Of a DNA stretch of 64,000 nucleotides, positions 33,262 through 44,267 are shown one piece after another. Source of the stretch: an uncultured delta proteobacterium (GTDB lineage Bacteria > Desulfobacterota > WTBG01); assembly GCA_963793865.1 (NCBI GenBank), contig CAWCBP010000001.1, forward strand, positions 1,024,001-1,088,000, read 5' to 3'. The position numbers were made by a program, and so were the translations under genes. Numbering within the stretch: position 1 is the first letter of the stretch; each line of letters begins with the position of its first letter. The notes below the pieces were generated by a model, which did no database searches, was not told the DNA's origin, and saw nothing but the letters and a program-made list of their open reading frames with translations.

Positions 33262-33337
33262 CCGGTATGAGCGGCTTGAAGCCGCGAATGCATCGCGCCT
33301 GAAGGCGCTCCTACGAAAATTCAAATATGTTTGGTTA
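33262..33337. repeat. ~75-bp REP-containing direct repeat, copy 1 (copy 2 at 48901-48975)
   Basis: ccggtatgagcggcttgaagccgcgaatgcatcgcgcctgaaggcgctcctacgaaaattcaaatatgtttggtta. Confidence 0.85.
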
Positions 33338-34099
33338 GACATCAGTCCTGCAGATACCGAAATTTTTCACAACCCCCGAGCATTTCAAGCGGTGACGCGT
33401 AATAAAATGATCCCAGGCATTTGACATCAGAATGTCATGTGAACAGATAACACCGCCGGCTTTCCCCATATGCCGGTAAAAAAGCTCATATTCAGCCGTC
33501 ATGTGCTCATAGGTGTGCAGGCTGTCGTGAACGAAAAAATCAATGCCATTTGCTATTGCTGCTATCTCCGGTATGAGCAAGAGGCTGCTGCCGTAACGGA
33601 GGTTGAGCCTGCTTTGCAAGTCATCCGGCACCAGACATCCGATGTGGGTGCGATCCGAGGCAGCATCCATTGAATGGAGGAAACCGCAACCGTTTTTCTC
33701 CATGGCGGAAAGTATGTACGTTGCCGAGGCGCCGGCCGCAGTCCCTGTTTCCAGCGCTACCATGGGTTTACAGATGCGGATTGCCGCGTAGAGGGTGATA
33801 CGGTCGGTTCTGCCCATGGGGTTGCCGATCTCATCCGGACTGACTTCCGGCTGCCGGATCCGTTCGTTGAAATCAATCGCCTCCGCTTCCGCCACGTAAC
33901 TTTTTATTTCCTCAGTTTCCCTGCCGAAAATCCGGCTCAGCTGTCGCTCCCGTTCCTCAGGAATATGAGAGGCATGCATCTTCTGCTTAAAATATGAAAA
34001 TTCAACGTCTGTGTAGCTCACCGGAAGTCCGAGCTTATTTTTAAGACGCTTCGTGTTGAGAGCAACCCGCTGATTGAAAGTAAGGGTACCCTGGTTCAT
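33335..34099 (-). CDS. Class I SAM-dependent methyltransferase (Methyltransf_24-like)
   Basis: ALETGTAAGAS and DFFVHDSLHTYEHM..EY. Confidence 0.8.
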   Translation of the reverse strand: MNQGTLTFNQRVALNTKRLKNKLGLPVSYTDVEFSYFKQKMHASHIPEERERQLSRIFGRETEEIKSYVAEAEAIDFNERIRQPEVSPDEIGNPMGRTDRITLYAAIRICKPMVALETGTAAGASATYILSAMEKNGCGFLHSMDAASDRTHIGCLVPDDLQSRLNLRYGSSLLLIPEIAAIANGIDFFVHDSLHTYEHMTAEYELFYRHMGKAGGVICSHDILMSNAWDHFITRHRLKCSGVVKNFGICRTDV

Positions 34100-35345
34100 A
34101 GAATGTGCGTGGGGGAGCATAAATCCCTCTCCCTCTTTTTTGCGCTCATGGAAGACTGCTCTACAACTGATTGTGCATACGCAAGAAACGCGCGAACGGT
34201 CTCTTCGGGGGCATAGGCCTGCACAGCGACCTTCGCAGCACGGCCAATCGCATCCAGGCGGGGGTGTATCCAGGCCTCGCACAGCTTGTGGCCAAGAGCG
34301 TGGCTGTCACCCGGAGGAACCAAAAAGCCTGATTCCCCGTCCGCTATCATTTCCTCAAAGCTTGCCCCCCGCGTCCCCACAACCGGCTTTCCCAATGCCA
34401 TGGCTTCCAGGCAGGCGTTGGGCAGGTTATCAATCAGCGAGGGCAGAACTACCATGCGTGCCCCCTGGATAACCGGGTAAAGCTGCTCGTGGGGAATCTG
34501 GCCTATGAAGATCAGCCTGTCCGCAAACCCGGCGCAACGGGAGATGACGTAGTCTTTCATGGACGAAGCCAGCCGGGTAGGAATATCCATCCCGACAATG
34601 GCGACATAACCTTCAGGGTTGGCCTTGAAAAATCCGGGCAGTGCCTCTGCCAGTATGTGAATACCCTTGTGAAGCTGGAGGCGGCCGAAAAAAAGGAGGT
34701 ACTGCTTACCCTGCAGCATTCCTTCATACACCGAACTATCCCAGGCATCGGTTTCCAGAAAAAAGGGCGTCCTCAGCACACGGACCGTTCCGGCAGATGT
34801 CTTTTCTTCCAGTATCCTGCTAAGAGCATGGCTCGGCGCATAAATGTTGCCGCTTACCATCAGCTGCAGCCGTTCCAAAAACTCAACCGCCCTCATATCC
34901 ATAGTTCGGCGTACTCCCTGATGCTCATGCCACGCCGGGGTAAAGGTTGAAAAACGCAGCATGAATGGAATCTTCAGCAGGATGCTGGAGACGAGTCCGC
35001 AGGAGTTATAATTAGCGTACTGAACGATGTCAAAGGGTCGGCGTGTGTGCAATTGCTTCAGCTTGGCATAGAAACTGTAACTGAGTGCCAGCAGCTTCAT
35101 GGTCGAGCGCAGTTTAAAGAAGCTGAACCTGTTTAACCATGAAATCCGCTTCGCACTGTTGTTGATCCGTGAGACATATATACCTTGATGCTCAAATTCT
35201 GCCGGCGGCTCTTCCGATAAGGTTATGACATGAACCTCATGTCCCATGCTGACCAGTGCCAATGAGATTCTATAGATATAATTCGCCAGGCCACCGCTGA
35301 AGTAGCGCTCGGTCACAATTCGGGTGTCAGAAAAACGATCCTCAT
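34096..35345 (-). CDS. GT4 glycosyltransferase; frameshift near 35318
   Basis: MRIVFLTPE joins GGLANY; GRLQLHKG and PSLIDNLPNACLEAMALG. Confidence 0.88.
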
Positions 35346-35357
35346 GCCACCGCCCTC

Positions 35358-36503
35358 TCAGCGACCGGCCGGCCGGCGCAAAAGCGGCGATAGTACGGCA
35401 CGCGCCCGATCCCTCCATGAATAGGGAGATACGTCCCTTCGTGCAGCCTTCCCCAGGCTCGTGGCATATTTTTCGTCAGCCATGATGGTTCTGATAGCCG
35501 CCGTCAGTGCCGAACCATCTCCGGGCTGTATCAGACAGGCATTGCAACCATGCTGCAGATGCACCCTGATCGCCGGAAGGTCAGTTGCCACAATGGGCCG
35601 GCTCGAGGCCATATACTCAAACATCTTCATGGGCGACATCCATGCGGCTGTTTCGCAGTTTGCAGGATAGGGCATGAGCAGCACATCACTCGCCTTGAGG
35701 TACTCGGGTACCCGGCAGTTGGGCATAAAGCCGGTAAAATGAAGATTGCTGAGTCCCGCCGCTTGCGCTTTGATTCTGGCAATATCCTCTTCCCAGCCGC
35801 CGACAAGCAAAAAACAAACAGATGGCAGTTCCCGGGCGCTCTGCACTATTTCTTCAATCCCCCGATCGCGGTATAAATGCCCACAGTAGGTGGCGATATA
35901 TGCGTCATCCGGTAAACCGAGACGCTTTCTCAAAATCATCCTGTCGGGCAGCAGGTCAAAGGCATCAACATCAACTGCATCAGGCCATACAAATATTTTA
36001 TCAGAAGGAATGCCTGACTGTGCATAAAGATCCTTTAATGTATCAGTAATGGTAACGACACCGACCAATTCCGGCTTATGCGCAACTGCCAGAATGTGAT
36101 GCAGCTCTGAATGCTCGCCGCCCATATGCAGTTCAATGACTGTCTTCAGCCCCAGGTTGACGCACAGCCGGCCCGCGTTGGCTGAACGGGTGTACACCAG
36201 ATCAGGTGACTTAAACCATGCATAGAGCGATGCTGCGCGGTCAAACCGTGGACATTTCCACCAGCTGAAAAAAGGCTCACGCACTCTCCAGAAAAGTGGA
36301 AGGCGTACCATGGCAAAACTGTTGTTGATGCCGTACCAGTCAGCGCAATCGGGTATCTCACACCTCGCTGAAAGCAACCCGCCTGAAGTAACCAGGGTAA
36401 GAGAATCCACTTCACCGGCAAGCGCATCAGCCATCTTCATGGCCTGGAAGGTGTGCGCCCATTTGGAAGGGATGTTTCCCTGGGAAACGTACATGAGATT
36501 CAT
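35358..36503 (-). CDS. GT4 glycosyltransferase
   Basis: YCGHLYRDRG and MSPMKMFEYMAS. Confidence 0.88.
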   Translation of the reverse strand: MNLMYVSQGNIPSKWAHTFQAMKMADALAGEVDSLTLVTSGGLLSARCEIPDCADWYGINNSFAMVRLPLFWRVREPFFSWWKCPRFDRAASLYAWFKSPDLVYTRSANAGRLCVNLGLKTVIELHMGGEHSELHHILAVAHKPELVGVVTITDTLKDLYAQSGIPSDKIFVWPDAVDVDAFDLLPDRMILRKRLGLPDDAYIATYCGHLYRDRGIEEIVQSARELPSVCFLLVGGWEEDIARIKAQAAGLSNLHFTGFMPNCRVPEYLKASDVLLMPYPANCETAAWMSPMKMFEYMASSRPIVATDLPAIRVHLQHGCNACLIQPGDGSALTAAIRTIMADEKYATSLGKAARRDVSPYSWRDRARAVLSPLLRRPAGR

Positions 36504-37374
36504 ATACCCGCTTCCTTACGAGCTCAACCACACTGTTCAAGTAACTTCCGGTGGAAGCCTTTTGACCGCCTGTAACATCAGCTGAAGCATAACCGTATTC
36601 GATGTTGAGAGCACCACCGATTTTCCGGAATCGACGGAGCTGGCGGGGGGTCAGTTCCTTTTTCCAGCGTTCATCCCGGAAGGATGCCGGGTCCTGACTT
36701 CCATAAAATTCCTTATCCTTGGGGTTCCCCTCCTTCCCGAAATAGCGCTGAACAAATGACATGGTCCCACGGTTTCCATCAACGATATGATGTTTTACCT
36801 TCCAGTACTCAATCATGTCCTCTCTATAATCAATACCTAAAAAGGCACATATACTTCGAAGTGTAGCCGGCGTATGCTCAAGCAAATTCTCATATTTTAC
36901 CACCATGCGGTTTTCCGGCGGAATCTGCAAAAACCACTTGTCGTTTTCACGCGCGCTGAATACCCATTGCCTGACGATTTCATCATATTGGCGTGAGGGA
37001 TATTTTCGCGCGTAGCTCGCGGTAACCGCCCTGCCATCCCGCAACAGGCGTATCACTTTAAGGCGAATCCGTTCATCATCAATCTGCCCGCGAAACTTTT
37101 CCAGCTTGCTGATAGAAAGGATGCCGGCACCGCTATAATCAGCGAGCTGGGTAAACATATTGCGCTCCGGCGACCATGCCTTGTTGAATTCGCTCCAAAA
37201 CTCGCAGCTTTCACCGCAGAGCATACAGGCATGGTCCAGGCTTGAAAGGCCATACAGCTCGTCGACTTCACCCAGCGATATTGCCCGCGGGTGGGAACCG
37301 ATCAAAAGCGAGAGCCAGGTCTGTCCCGAATGGCCCGGTGAAGCTATGACGGCAAGGGTGACGGGTTGATTCAT
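36427..37374 (-). CDS. Sulfotransferase family protein (the true 3' end may be shorter)
   Basis: 5'-PSB-like SPGHSGQTWL, 3'-PB-like LLRDGRAVTAS, VKYENL and RWKKEL. Confidence 0.8.
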   Translation of the reverse strand: MNQPVTLAVIASPGHSGQTWLSLLIGSHPRAISLGEVDELYGLSSLDHACMLCGESCEFWSEFNKAWSPERNMFTQLADYSGAGILSISKLEKFRGQIDDERIRLKVIRLLRDGRAVTASYARKYPSRQYDEIVRQWVFSARENDKWFLQIPPENRMVVKYENLLEHTPATLRSICAFLGIDYREDMIEYWKVKHHIVDGNRGTMSFVQRYFGKEGNPKDKEFYGSQDPASFRDERWKKELTPRQLRRFRKIGGALNIEYGYASADVTGGQKASTGSYLNSVVELVRKRVYESHVRFPGKHPFQMGAHLPGHEDG

Positions 37375-39185
37375 GCGCGATCACCACATGAGGAGTGCGC
37401 CCAGCGCGAGTGCCAGGCATCGAAAAGGAGAATCTGCCACAAGCGATTTATGGCCACCCCATTTGCCTGCCTGGCAAGGCCAATGATATATTCTCTTCTG
37501 ATCAAACCGCTCTTCACGCCCGATCCGTCCATAAGAAAATTAAGCAGCATGTTTTCATTAAAAAAATGATGGAGCGGGATGCTGAAGCCGCGCTTTCTCT
37601 TGGTGATCGTTCTTTCAGGCAGCCTGCCGCTCATCAGCTTCTTGAGCATGTATTTTCTTTCACCACCCGGTGCGTATGCATCGACCGGCAGGCTAAAAAC
37701 AAGCTCAACCAGGGGTTTGTCCAGAAAAGGAACTCTCAATTCCAGTGAGTTGGCCATGCTTGCCCTGTCCACCTTGGTCAGGTATTGCTCCGGAAGAATG
37801 GTCAGGAAATCGAGCGCCTGCCATCTTTTAGGAGAGGGCAGATCCGGCCGATAATGCTGGTCAAGAAACCATTCCTGATGCGCATCTATTTCAGCATGGA
37901 TGTCGTCATGCAGCAGGTGCTTCAGGTCTTCACTCTCCAGCAAAGGATGCATGCCTTTCTGGTATTCCCTTGTCGCCCCTGGCCCCGCAGCGGAAACGCC
38001 CAGCGCTGCTCCCAAACGGTTTATCCAGGTTCCGCCTGCCATGACCGCAGGAGGTTCAAAATAGCGGTTATATCCCGCAAAAAGTTCGTCCCCGCCATCC
38101 CCCGCCAAAGCCACCTTCATGTGCTTTCTGGCAAGCCGCGATACCAGGAAGCTCGGAAACATGGAACCATCGCCGAACGGCTCATCATAGAACCAGCTGA
38201 GTTCCGGCAGAAGCCCAAGGATATCTGGTTTAACCATCTCTTCGTGCAATTCCATCGAGTATTGTTCTGCCACCAAAGCGGCATCAGGCAGTTCGTTATA
38301 CCAGTCATCGTCAACCTCAAAACCGGCCGCGAATGCGCTGGCGCGCCTGCCCGCATGATGCATATAGTAGGCAATGGTGCTGGAGTCCAGTCCGCCGCTT
38401 AAAAGCAGGCCCAGGGGTACATCACTGACAAGATGCATCTTTACCGATTCTGCAAGCGCTTCGCTGACCCGGTTGAACGCATTTTCATCCATGCCTTGGG
38501 ACGCATCAAAGGACGGCTCCCAGTATCTCCTGACCGTGCTGCGGCCTTCCCTAAAGGTTAGAAGCGATGCAGGGGGGAGTTTAAACATCCCCTCCCAGAT
38601 GGTTCGGGGAGAGGGAATGTAGCGGTAGAAAAAGAAGTCGCAGAGTGCATGCGTATTAATCTTTCGCTGAACCTGTGGACAGGCAATAATGGCCTTGAGT
38701 TCCGATGCAAATATGAGTTGGGCAGGATCTTGGTAGTAATAAAGCGGCTTAATGCCGAAATGATCTCTCGCCAGCAGCAGCTGGTTCCTGTTGCTGTCCC
38801 AGATGCCGAACGCAAACATGCCCCTGAGTCTGTGGACGCATTCCTCACCCCACTCCTCGTAACCATGAACGATTACCTCGGTGTCTGATCGGGATGCAAA
38901 TCGGTGGCCTTTGGCCTGCAATATTTCACGCAATTCTTTATAATTGTATATTTCACCATTGCAGGTAATCCAAATGCTGCCGTCTTCGTTGCTCATGGGC
39001 TGCTTGCCGTTTTCAGTAAGATCAATGACTGCCAGCCTGCGGTGGCCAAGCGCGGAGCAGCCGCCAGAAAAATAGTAGCAGCCCTCGCCATCAGGACCCC
39101 GGTGCGACAGGGTATTGAGCATGCTACTGAAACATGAGGGGTCAATTTTTGTGCGGCAGTTAATCTGCCCGAGAATTCCGCACAT
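37371..39185 (-). CDS. asnB: Second asparagine synthase (glutamine-hydrolysing)-family amidotransferase
   Basis: MCGILG, HRGPDG, NGEIYN, LSGGLDSS, GDGGDELFAGY, KVDRASM and LELRVPFLD. Confidence 0.93.
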   Translation of the reverse strand: MCGILGQINCRTKIDPSCFSSMLNTLSHRGPDGEGCYYFSGGCSALGHRRLAVIDLTENGKQPMSNEDGSIWITCNGEIYNYKELREILQAKGHRFASRSDTEVIVHGYEEWGEECVHRLRGMFAFGIWDSNRNQLLLARDHFGIKPLYYYQDPAQLIFASELKAIIACPQVQRKINTHALCDFFFYRYIPSPRTIWEGMFKLPPASLLTFREGRSTVRRYWEPSFDASQGMDENAFNRVSEALAESVKMHLVSDVPLGLLLSGGLDSSTIAYYMHHAGRRASAFAAGFEVDDDWYNELPDAALVAEQYSMELHEEMVKPDILGLLPELSWFYDEPFGDGSMFPSFLVSRLARKHMKVALAGDGGDELFAGYNRYFEPPAVMAGGTWINRLGAALGVSAAGPGATREYQKGMHPLLESEDLKHLLHDDIHAEIDAHQEWFLDQHYRPDLPSPKRWQALDFLTILPEQYLTKVDRASMANSLELRVPFLDKPLVELVFSLPVDAYAPGGERKYMLKKLMSGRLPERTITKRKRGFSIPLHHFFNENMLLNFLMDGSGVKSGLIRREYIIGLARQANGVAINRLWQILLFDAWHSRWAHSSCGDRA

Positions 39186-39186
39186 T

Positions 39187-40170
39187 CTAGTTATCTCTAC
39201 CTACGCCGCGCATATTGTTCTGGATTATGGTCCGCAACACCGTGATTGTCGGCATCTCCACCACCTCAAAGGGCATATGCAACAGCTTGCCTGCGGTGTC
39301 TTTCATGACCTTTGCACTTAACGGCCGGTCATATCTCGGACTCAGCGAGTCAAAGGTGTCATGTATGCCGTATTCGATAAGCTGCTCAGAAGACAGCTTT
39401 TTGAGCCTTGGGTGGTCCCGGTGATTACGGAAGGGAATTAAAAAATGATTAACAATATGACCCTTGGGAAGCCTGGCTATGGCGGAAGTAAGCGCGAAAG
39501 CGGCAGGCGCGTAATTAGTAATAATAGTATAGAGCACTTTCGCGTTCATACGCGTGGTGATGGGCCTGATGAGGTATTTCCAGGTAAAGTATTGGTAAAA
39601 AGTCCGCGCGTAGGAATGGACAAAAACCGCACCGTCATGCTTAACGAACTGCAATATATGTCTCAGGGTATAAGCAGGATCCGGGGTATGCTGCAGCACC
39701 CGATGGCAAAAAACGATATCAAATGCCATTTTCTTCAGGGGCAAATCTGTGATGTCCGCCTGGACCATGCAAAGGTTTTCACATAATCCCAAATTGTCCC
39801 GGGCAATATCAAGGCCGCTAAGGTCCACAGCAATTACACGGGCCCCTAATGAAAGAAGTACCTCTGTATCAGGGCCGACGCCGCAGCCGCACTCCAGGAC
39901 TGTTTTTCCCCGGAAATAGGATGGCGGCCAATTAGTTCTCTCAAGAATGGTGTCATATCGATCGGCAGTTCCATTATATGAATCCAGCTGGAGCTTCGGA
40001 TGATGTTTCCTTAGCCTTGAAAAATTGCCGCTGGCATAGCTTCCATCCGGGGTAAAGCGCGGAATGCCATTTCGCACGAGAACCCTGTGCTCGCCAAAGG
40101 CAAGAGCATCCGTCTCCATGACAGCCGGCAAACCCCTGTATTCAAAACATTCGACAAAATGCTCCATCAT
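39187..40170 (-). CDS. Class I SAM-dependent methyltransferase
   Basis: VLECGCGVG, QADITDLP and VLQHTPDP. Confidence 0.85.
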   Translation of the reverse strand: MMEHFVECFEYRGLPAVMETDALAFGEHRVLVRNGIPRFTPDGSYASGNFSRLRKHHPKLQLDSYNGTADRYDTILERTNWPPSYFRGKTVLECGCGVGPDTEVLLSLGARVIAVDLSGLDIARDNLGLCENLCMVQADITDLPLKKMAFDIVFCHRVLQHTPDPAYTLRHILQFVKHDGAVFVHSYARTFYQYFTWKYLIRPITTRMNAKVLYTIITNYAPAAFALTSAIARLPKGHIVNHFLIPFRNHRDHPRLKKLSSEQLIEYGIHDTFDSLSPRYDRPLSAKVMKDTAGKLLHMPFEVVEMPTITVLRTIIQNNMRGVGRDN

Positions 40171-41123
40171 TGTGAGCCCATCCTGGCAGGAGCGCTGATG
40201 ACTGCGGCCTCGGGACGATCGTGGGCGGAGAGGCCGATCTTCGTCTGACCCGGCCGCAGCGGCATCAGGGCAACGATTTTATCAAGATATCCTATGCGCA
40301 CTCCCGTCTCACGAAAGCGTATAGTCCTGTGGTAATCCCCGGTCAGACCAACCCGCCAGGCATTGATATCCGACCTGAACAGCTTAACATAAGATCGGAA
40401 CAGCATGGTGGAATTCTGGATGCTCATATGCTTGTTCACCAGCCCTTTTTCTTTCCAGCGCCCGGCTGCTTCTTCTATTCTTAATCTTCCGTAGACAAGC
40501 TCCAGATCATTTTCCTGTGCATAGTGAAGAAGCGATTCAATATGGTCGGGGGTGAACATATCATCATCATCAAGTGGGGCAATCCAGTTGCCTTTGCATA
40601 AATCGAGGCCTTTATTCTTTGGCACGCTGCCCGCTACCTGCCAGAGGGCCTTCTTCCCGGATGGATACTGACCGCGCTCCGGCAAATTCAAAAAATGTAT
40701 CCTTGGATCATTGAGTGACGCAAGCAGCTGAGCGGTATTATCAGTACAGCAGTCTCCCACTATGATTATCTCAAGCTGCGGGTAGGTCTGGGTTAAGACA
40801 GAGGGTATTGTTCTGGCAGCCAATAACTCGCCGCGATTCCAGGTGGGTATTACCACACTCACCAGGGGCTTACGATCATTCGCCCAACGAACGACCTTAT
40901 GCTGCTCTCTGGAATCAAGGAGCAGACGGCGCTCATTTTTAATCAAAGGTTTTAGACGCCGGCAGTTACTCCAGTAACGGTATGTTCCTTTTGCCCTGGA
41001 GCACATGCTCTCGCTGCATACAGCGCGGCATATCGCCTCCCGCAATCTGCGAAGAGCATCAATGCCCTTTCTTATCAGCATCCCGGCCGGCGCGCTTTTA
41101 AGGTACTGCCGTAAGGCTCTCAT
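40167..41123 (-). CDS. GT2 glycosyltransferase
   Basis: VSVVIPTWNR, VGDCCTD and PLDDDD. Confidence 0.88.
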   Translation of the reverse strand: MRALRQYLKSAPAGMLIRKGIDALRRLREAICRAVCSESMCSRAKGTYRYWSNCRRLKPLIKNERRLLLDSREQHKVVRWANDRKPLVSVVIPTWNRGELLAARTIPSVLTQTYPQLEIIIVGDCCTDNTAQLLASLNDPRIHFLNLPERGQYPSGKKALWQVAGSVPKNKGLDLCKGNWIAPLDDDDMFTPDHIESLLHYAQENDLELVYGRLRIEEAAGRWKEKGLVNKHMSIQNSTMLFRSYVKLFRSDINAWRVGLTGDYHRTIRFRETGVRIGYLDKIVALMPLRPGQTKIGLSAHDRPEAAVISAPARMGSQ

Positions 41124-42334
41124 GTCGACTCTCCGGGTCCCTGAATTGTCTTCGAATTGCGTCCGCGTGATCGAATATAAATTTTAAGAGTTCGCAGATT
41201 TTAGATATATCCCCATCACCCACCTCAGTACCTGTGGGGAGGCACAGAACGCGCTCCGCGAGGCGTTCGGTTACCGGCAGCAACAGCCCGGCGTGGGGAA
41301 AATATGAACGATATGGCTCCATGCGGTGGCAACCCGGATAAAAGTACCGGCGCGCGCGCACCCCCTCCGCGTGGAGAATGGTGAGCAGTTCATCCCTGCT
41401 AATGCCGGCCTTCTCCCGGTCAATTTCAACCACCACGTACTGGTAATTGTTTTTCTCGCCTTCGTCATAAGCCATAACGTTCATACCCCTGCAGCCTGCC
41501 AATCCCCTGCTGTAGGCATAATAGTTTTTCCTGTTACAGTCGATGAAGTGATCCATGTCTTCAAGGGAGGTGATACCCATGGCCGCCGCTATCTCACTCA
41601 TTTTGCCGTTGGTACCGATGTAAATCACGTTGTCCATACCCTTAAATCCAAAATTCTTCATCAGGCGCATCTTGTCCGCCAGTTCATCATCGTTGGTCAC
41701 CACCGCCCCTCCCTCGAAGGTATTTATGAACTTCGTGGCGTGGAAACTGAAGGTTTCGGCACAGCCAAAGCCGCCGACCATCCTGCCCCGGTGCGAACAG
41801 CAAAAGCTGTGAGAGGCATCAAAAAGCAGTTTGAGATTATGCTTCGCGGCGATCGTTTCAATTTCATCCACGCGGCAGGTGCGGCCCCAGAGATGGACAC
41901 CGATGATGCCGGTGGTGCGGGGCGTTATCAGCGCTTCAATGCGGGCAGGGTCAATGGTGTAGTCATTGGGATCAACATCACAGAATACCGGGGTTATTTC
42001 CTGCCACTGTAAACAGTGGGCGGTCGAAATAAAGGTGAAGGAAGGGATGATGACTTCACCCCTGAGATCGAGGGCGCGCGCGGCGATTTCAAGGGCCACC
42101 GTGCCATTGCACATGGCCACGCAGTGCTTCACCCCCAGGATCATCTCTATCCTTCTCTCAAAATCGTGCACATAGGGACCATTGTTGGTCAGCCAGTCCC
42201 TGTCAAGCATATCGTTAAAGCGTGACAAGAAGCCTCTCACGATTGCCTATGTTGGGACGCCCCACATGAAGCGTCCGGGCAAAGGCGGGAGCTCCGCCGA
42301 AAACTGAAAGATCTTCAATCCGGTTTTTTACCAT
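41098..42334 (-). CDS. DegT/DnrJ/EryC1/StrS PLP sugar aminotransferase (DesI/VioA-like); frameshift near 42230
   Basis: LHVGRPNIG, NGTVAL, FDASH, SFHATK (PLP Lys), EGGA and NGKMSE. Confidence 0.9.
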
Positions 42335-43342
42335 GTCGGACCCACATCCCGGGAAAAATCTGCATATGCCTTCATAATCTCTTCTTTTTCTTCCGGACCG
42401 ATCCGGAGCCGGTTACCGCAATCAAAACGTTCCGGACCCTTGTAGTTACAATCCAGGGTTTCAGCCTGCTGCGAAAACTTCTCTTGTATGGCGCTGAAGA
42501 CTTCTGTTGGGTTTGCGCAGAAGTCTTCATACCTCACCCGCATCCACAGTTTTTGATCAATAGCTTGGAGTCCTCTGGAAATGGCATCATTGGTAAAGTA
42601 TACCTGTCCCGCCACCTGTGCCCAGGGAGAGCATAACTTGAGCGCTTCGAATTCGGGTGGTTTGAAGGAGTACCAGGTATCTATCGTGCCGAAGTATTTC
42701 CTCCTTGATTCTAATAGCGACTGGGCCGTATACAGCGGATCACGGGTGATGTGAATGAAAAGCACCTTTTTGATGGTGCGCGCTATAAAAGGTAAAATCC
42801 AGTTAATAATGTGCGCCTTCATCAAAAGTGGCCTGTCAAATGCCGCCTCCAGTGCAGCAAGCTCGGCTAAAAAGTTCACCGTGTCTACTTTTTGCAATGC
42901 GTTCATCATCCAGCGTTTGGATTTCGCCGAATTGAAAAAAGCGCCTCCAGAAATACCAGAATTCATTGGGTGCGAGTATTCCCCTGGTTTTACCAAGATC
43001 GGAGGTAAACGTGTTCTCCGGAACATAATCGGCAAACTCGTCCCTGAAGTTGTAGCGCGGATCCGTCAGCAGTTGTTGTATGCGGGCGCCGAGGTAAGGC
43101 GCCCCATAGAAACGGGACAACAGATTTGTAGGGTAGGCAAAGCAGCCGGTTCCCGCCAGCCATTGAAGCATTAGGGTGGAACCTGCCCGGGCGCAGGCTA
43201 CAATGAGGACCACAGGATACTTAGGCTCTGAGTACCCTGCGACAATGGATTTTTCCGCTGCACAGAGCGCCTCATTCAGCTCCTTAAGCAGCATTTCAAG
43301 CTGCTCATTTCTTCTAAATGCCTGCTGCCGGTCCTGCATCAT
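42328..43342 (-). CDS. Sulfotransferase family protein; frameshift near 42870
   Basis: CARAGSTLM 5'-PSB motif, HITRDP..AQS and RVRYEDFC. Confidence 0.8.
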
Positions 43343-43360
43343 AGCACATTACCATTTAAG

Positions 43361-44267
43361 CTATATAAACTCTCCCCGGCGATAGGCGGGGAAATAATTT
43401 GTGGCTTCAATGCCCTTTGCCCTGGTAATTTCATCATACTTCACCCGGTTAAAAATCCGGCCGCACAAATAAGCGGTGCGCGTTCCGGTTGACCATCCTT
43501 TTTTAAAACTGTCCAGGCCCGCAGCGTTGTTGCTCTCCACTCCTGCCGCACTGCCTAAATCCAGCCAGCGTACTTTTCCCGAAAAATACTCCATTGCAAA
43601 CCAATAGAGAGCGTATGAAGCCATTAGTTCGTAACCGAGCGGGTTCATGGCAGCCAGGTGGCTGTATGCTATCTCTCCCTGTTTATACCAGAGATGCGCT
43701 CCCACAAGAGTGCCCCGTGTAAAGGCTTGAAACATTACAATTCCAGGAACCCTCAGTTGCTGTTCAAATGATTGCCGAGAAAAACACTTAATCCCTGTAA
43801 GATGATGCCTGCTGATTAAATGGCCATAGAGACGCGACCATTCATCAATAAATCGTGCCGGTTCGGTGGTGCAATCTACGCTCACATCCTGTCCTGCCTT
43901 CCTCGCATAATAACGGTGATGCTTGGAAATGAAAGTATCAGCCGGACGACAAAGATCAACGATGAAATGTTCTTTGAATTTCAGCACCCTGTCAAAACAT
44001 TTTTCAAGCAAGGTGCTGGTATATTCTCCAAAAGGGTCAGTAACCAGGGAAAGCGCCACTAATTCGTGACCTACACTTTCTAGATCCGCACTGGATCATC
44101 GACCAATCATGACATGTAAACAACGGATAGCATCCCATACCATCATAGCTGGAAAATCCTGGGATCCGGCGCTTCAAAATCCATCCCCCGCATGCGCTCA
44201 ATTGTTTCACGCTGCCGAATTCAGCTAACGATGCTGCATAGCCGGGATGTCCATACCCATCCATCAT
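43361..44267 (-). CDS. GNAT/FemAB-like acyltransferase; frameshift near 44085
   Basis: DGMGCYPLF...SKHHRYYAR...AYSHLAA...LDLGSAAG...FKKGW pattern; two genes upstream of the sugar aminotransferase. Confidence 0.65.
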
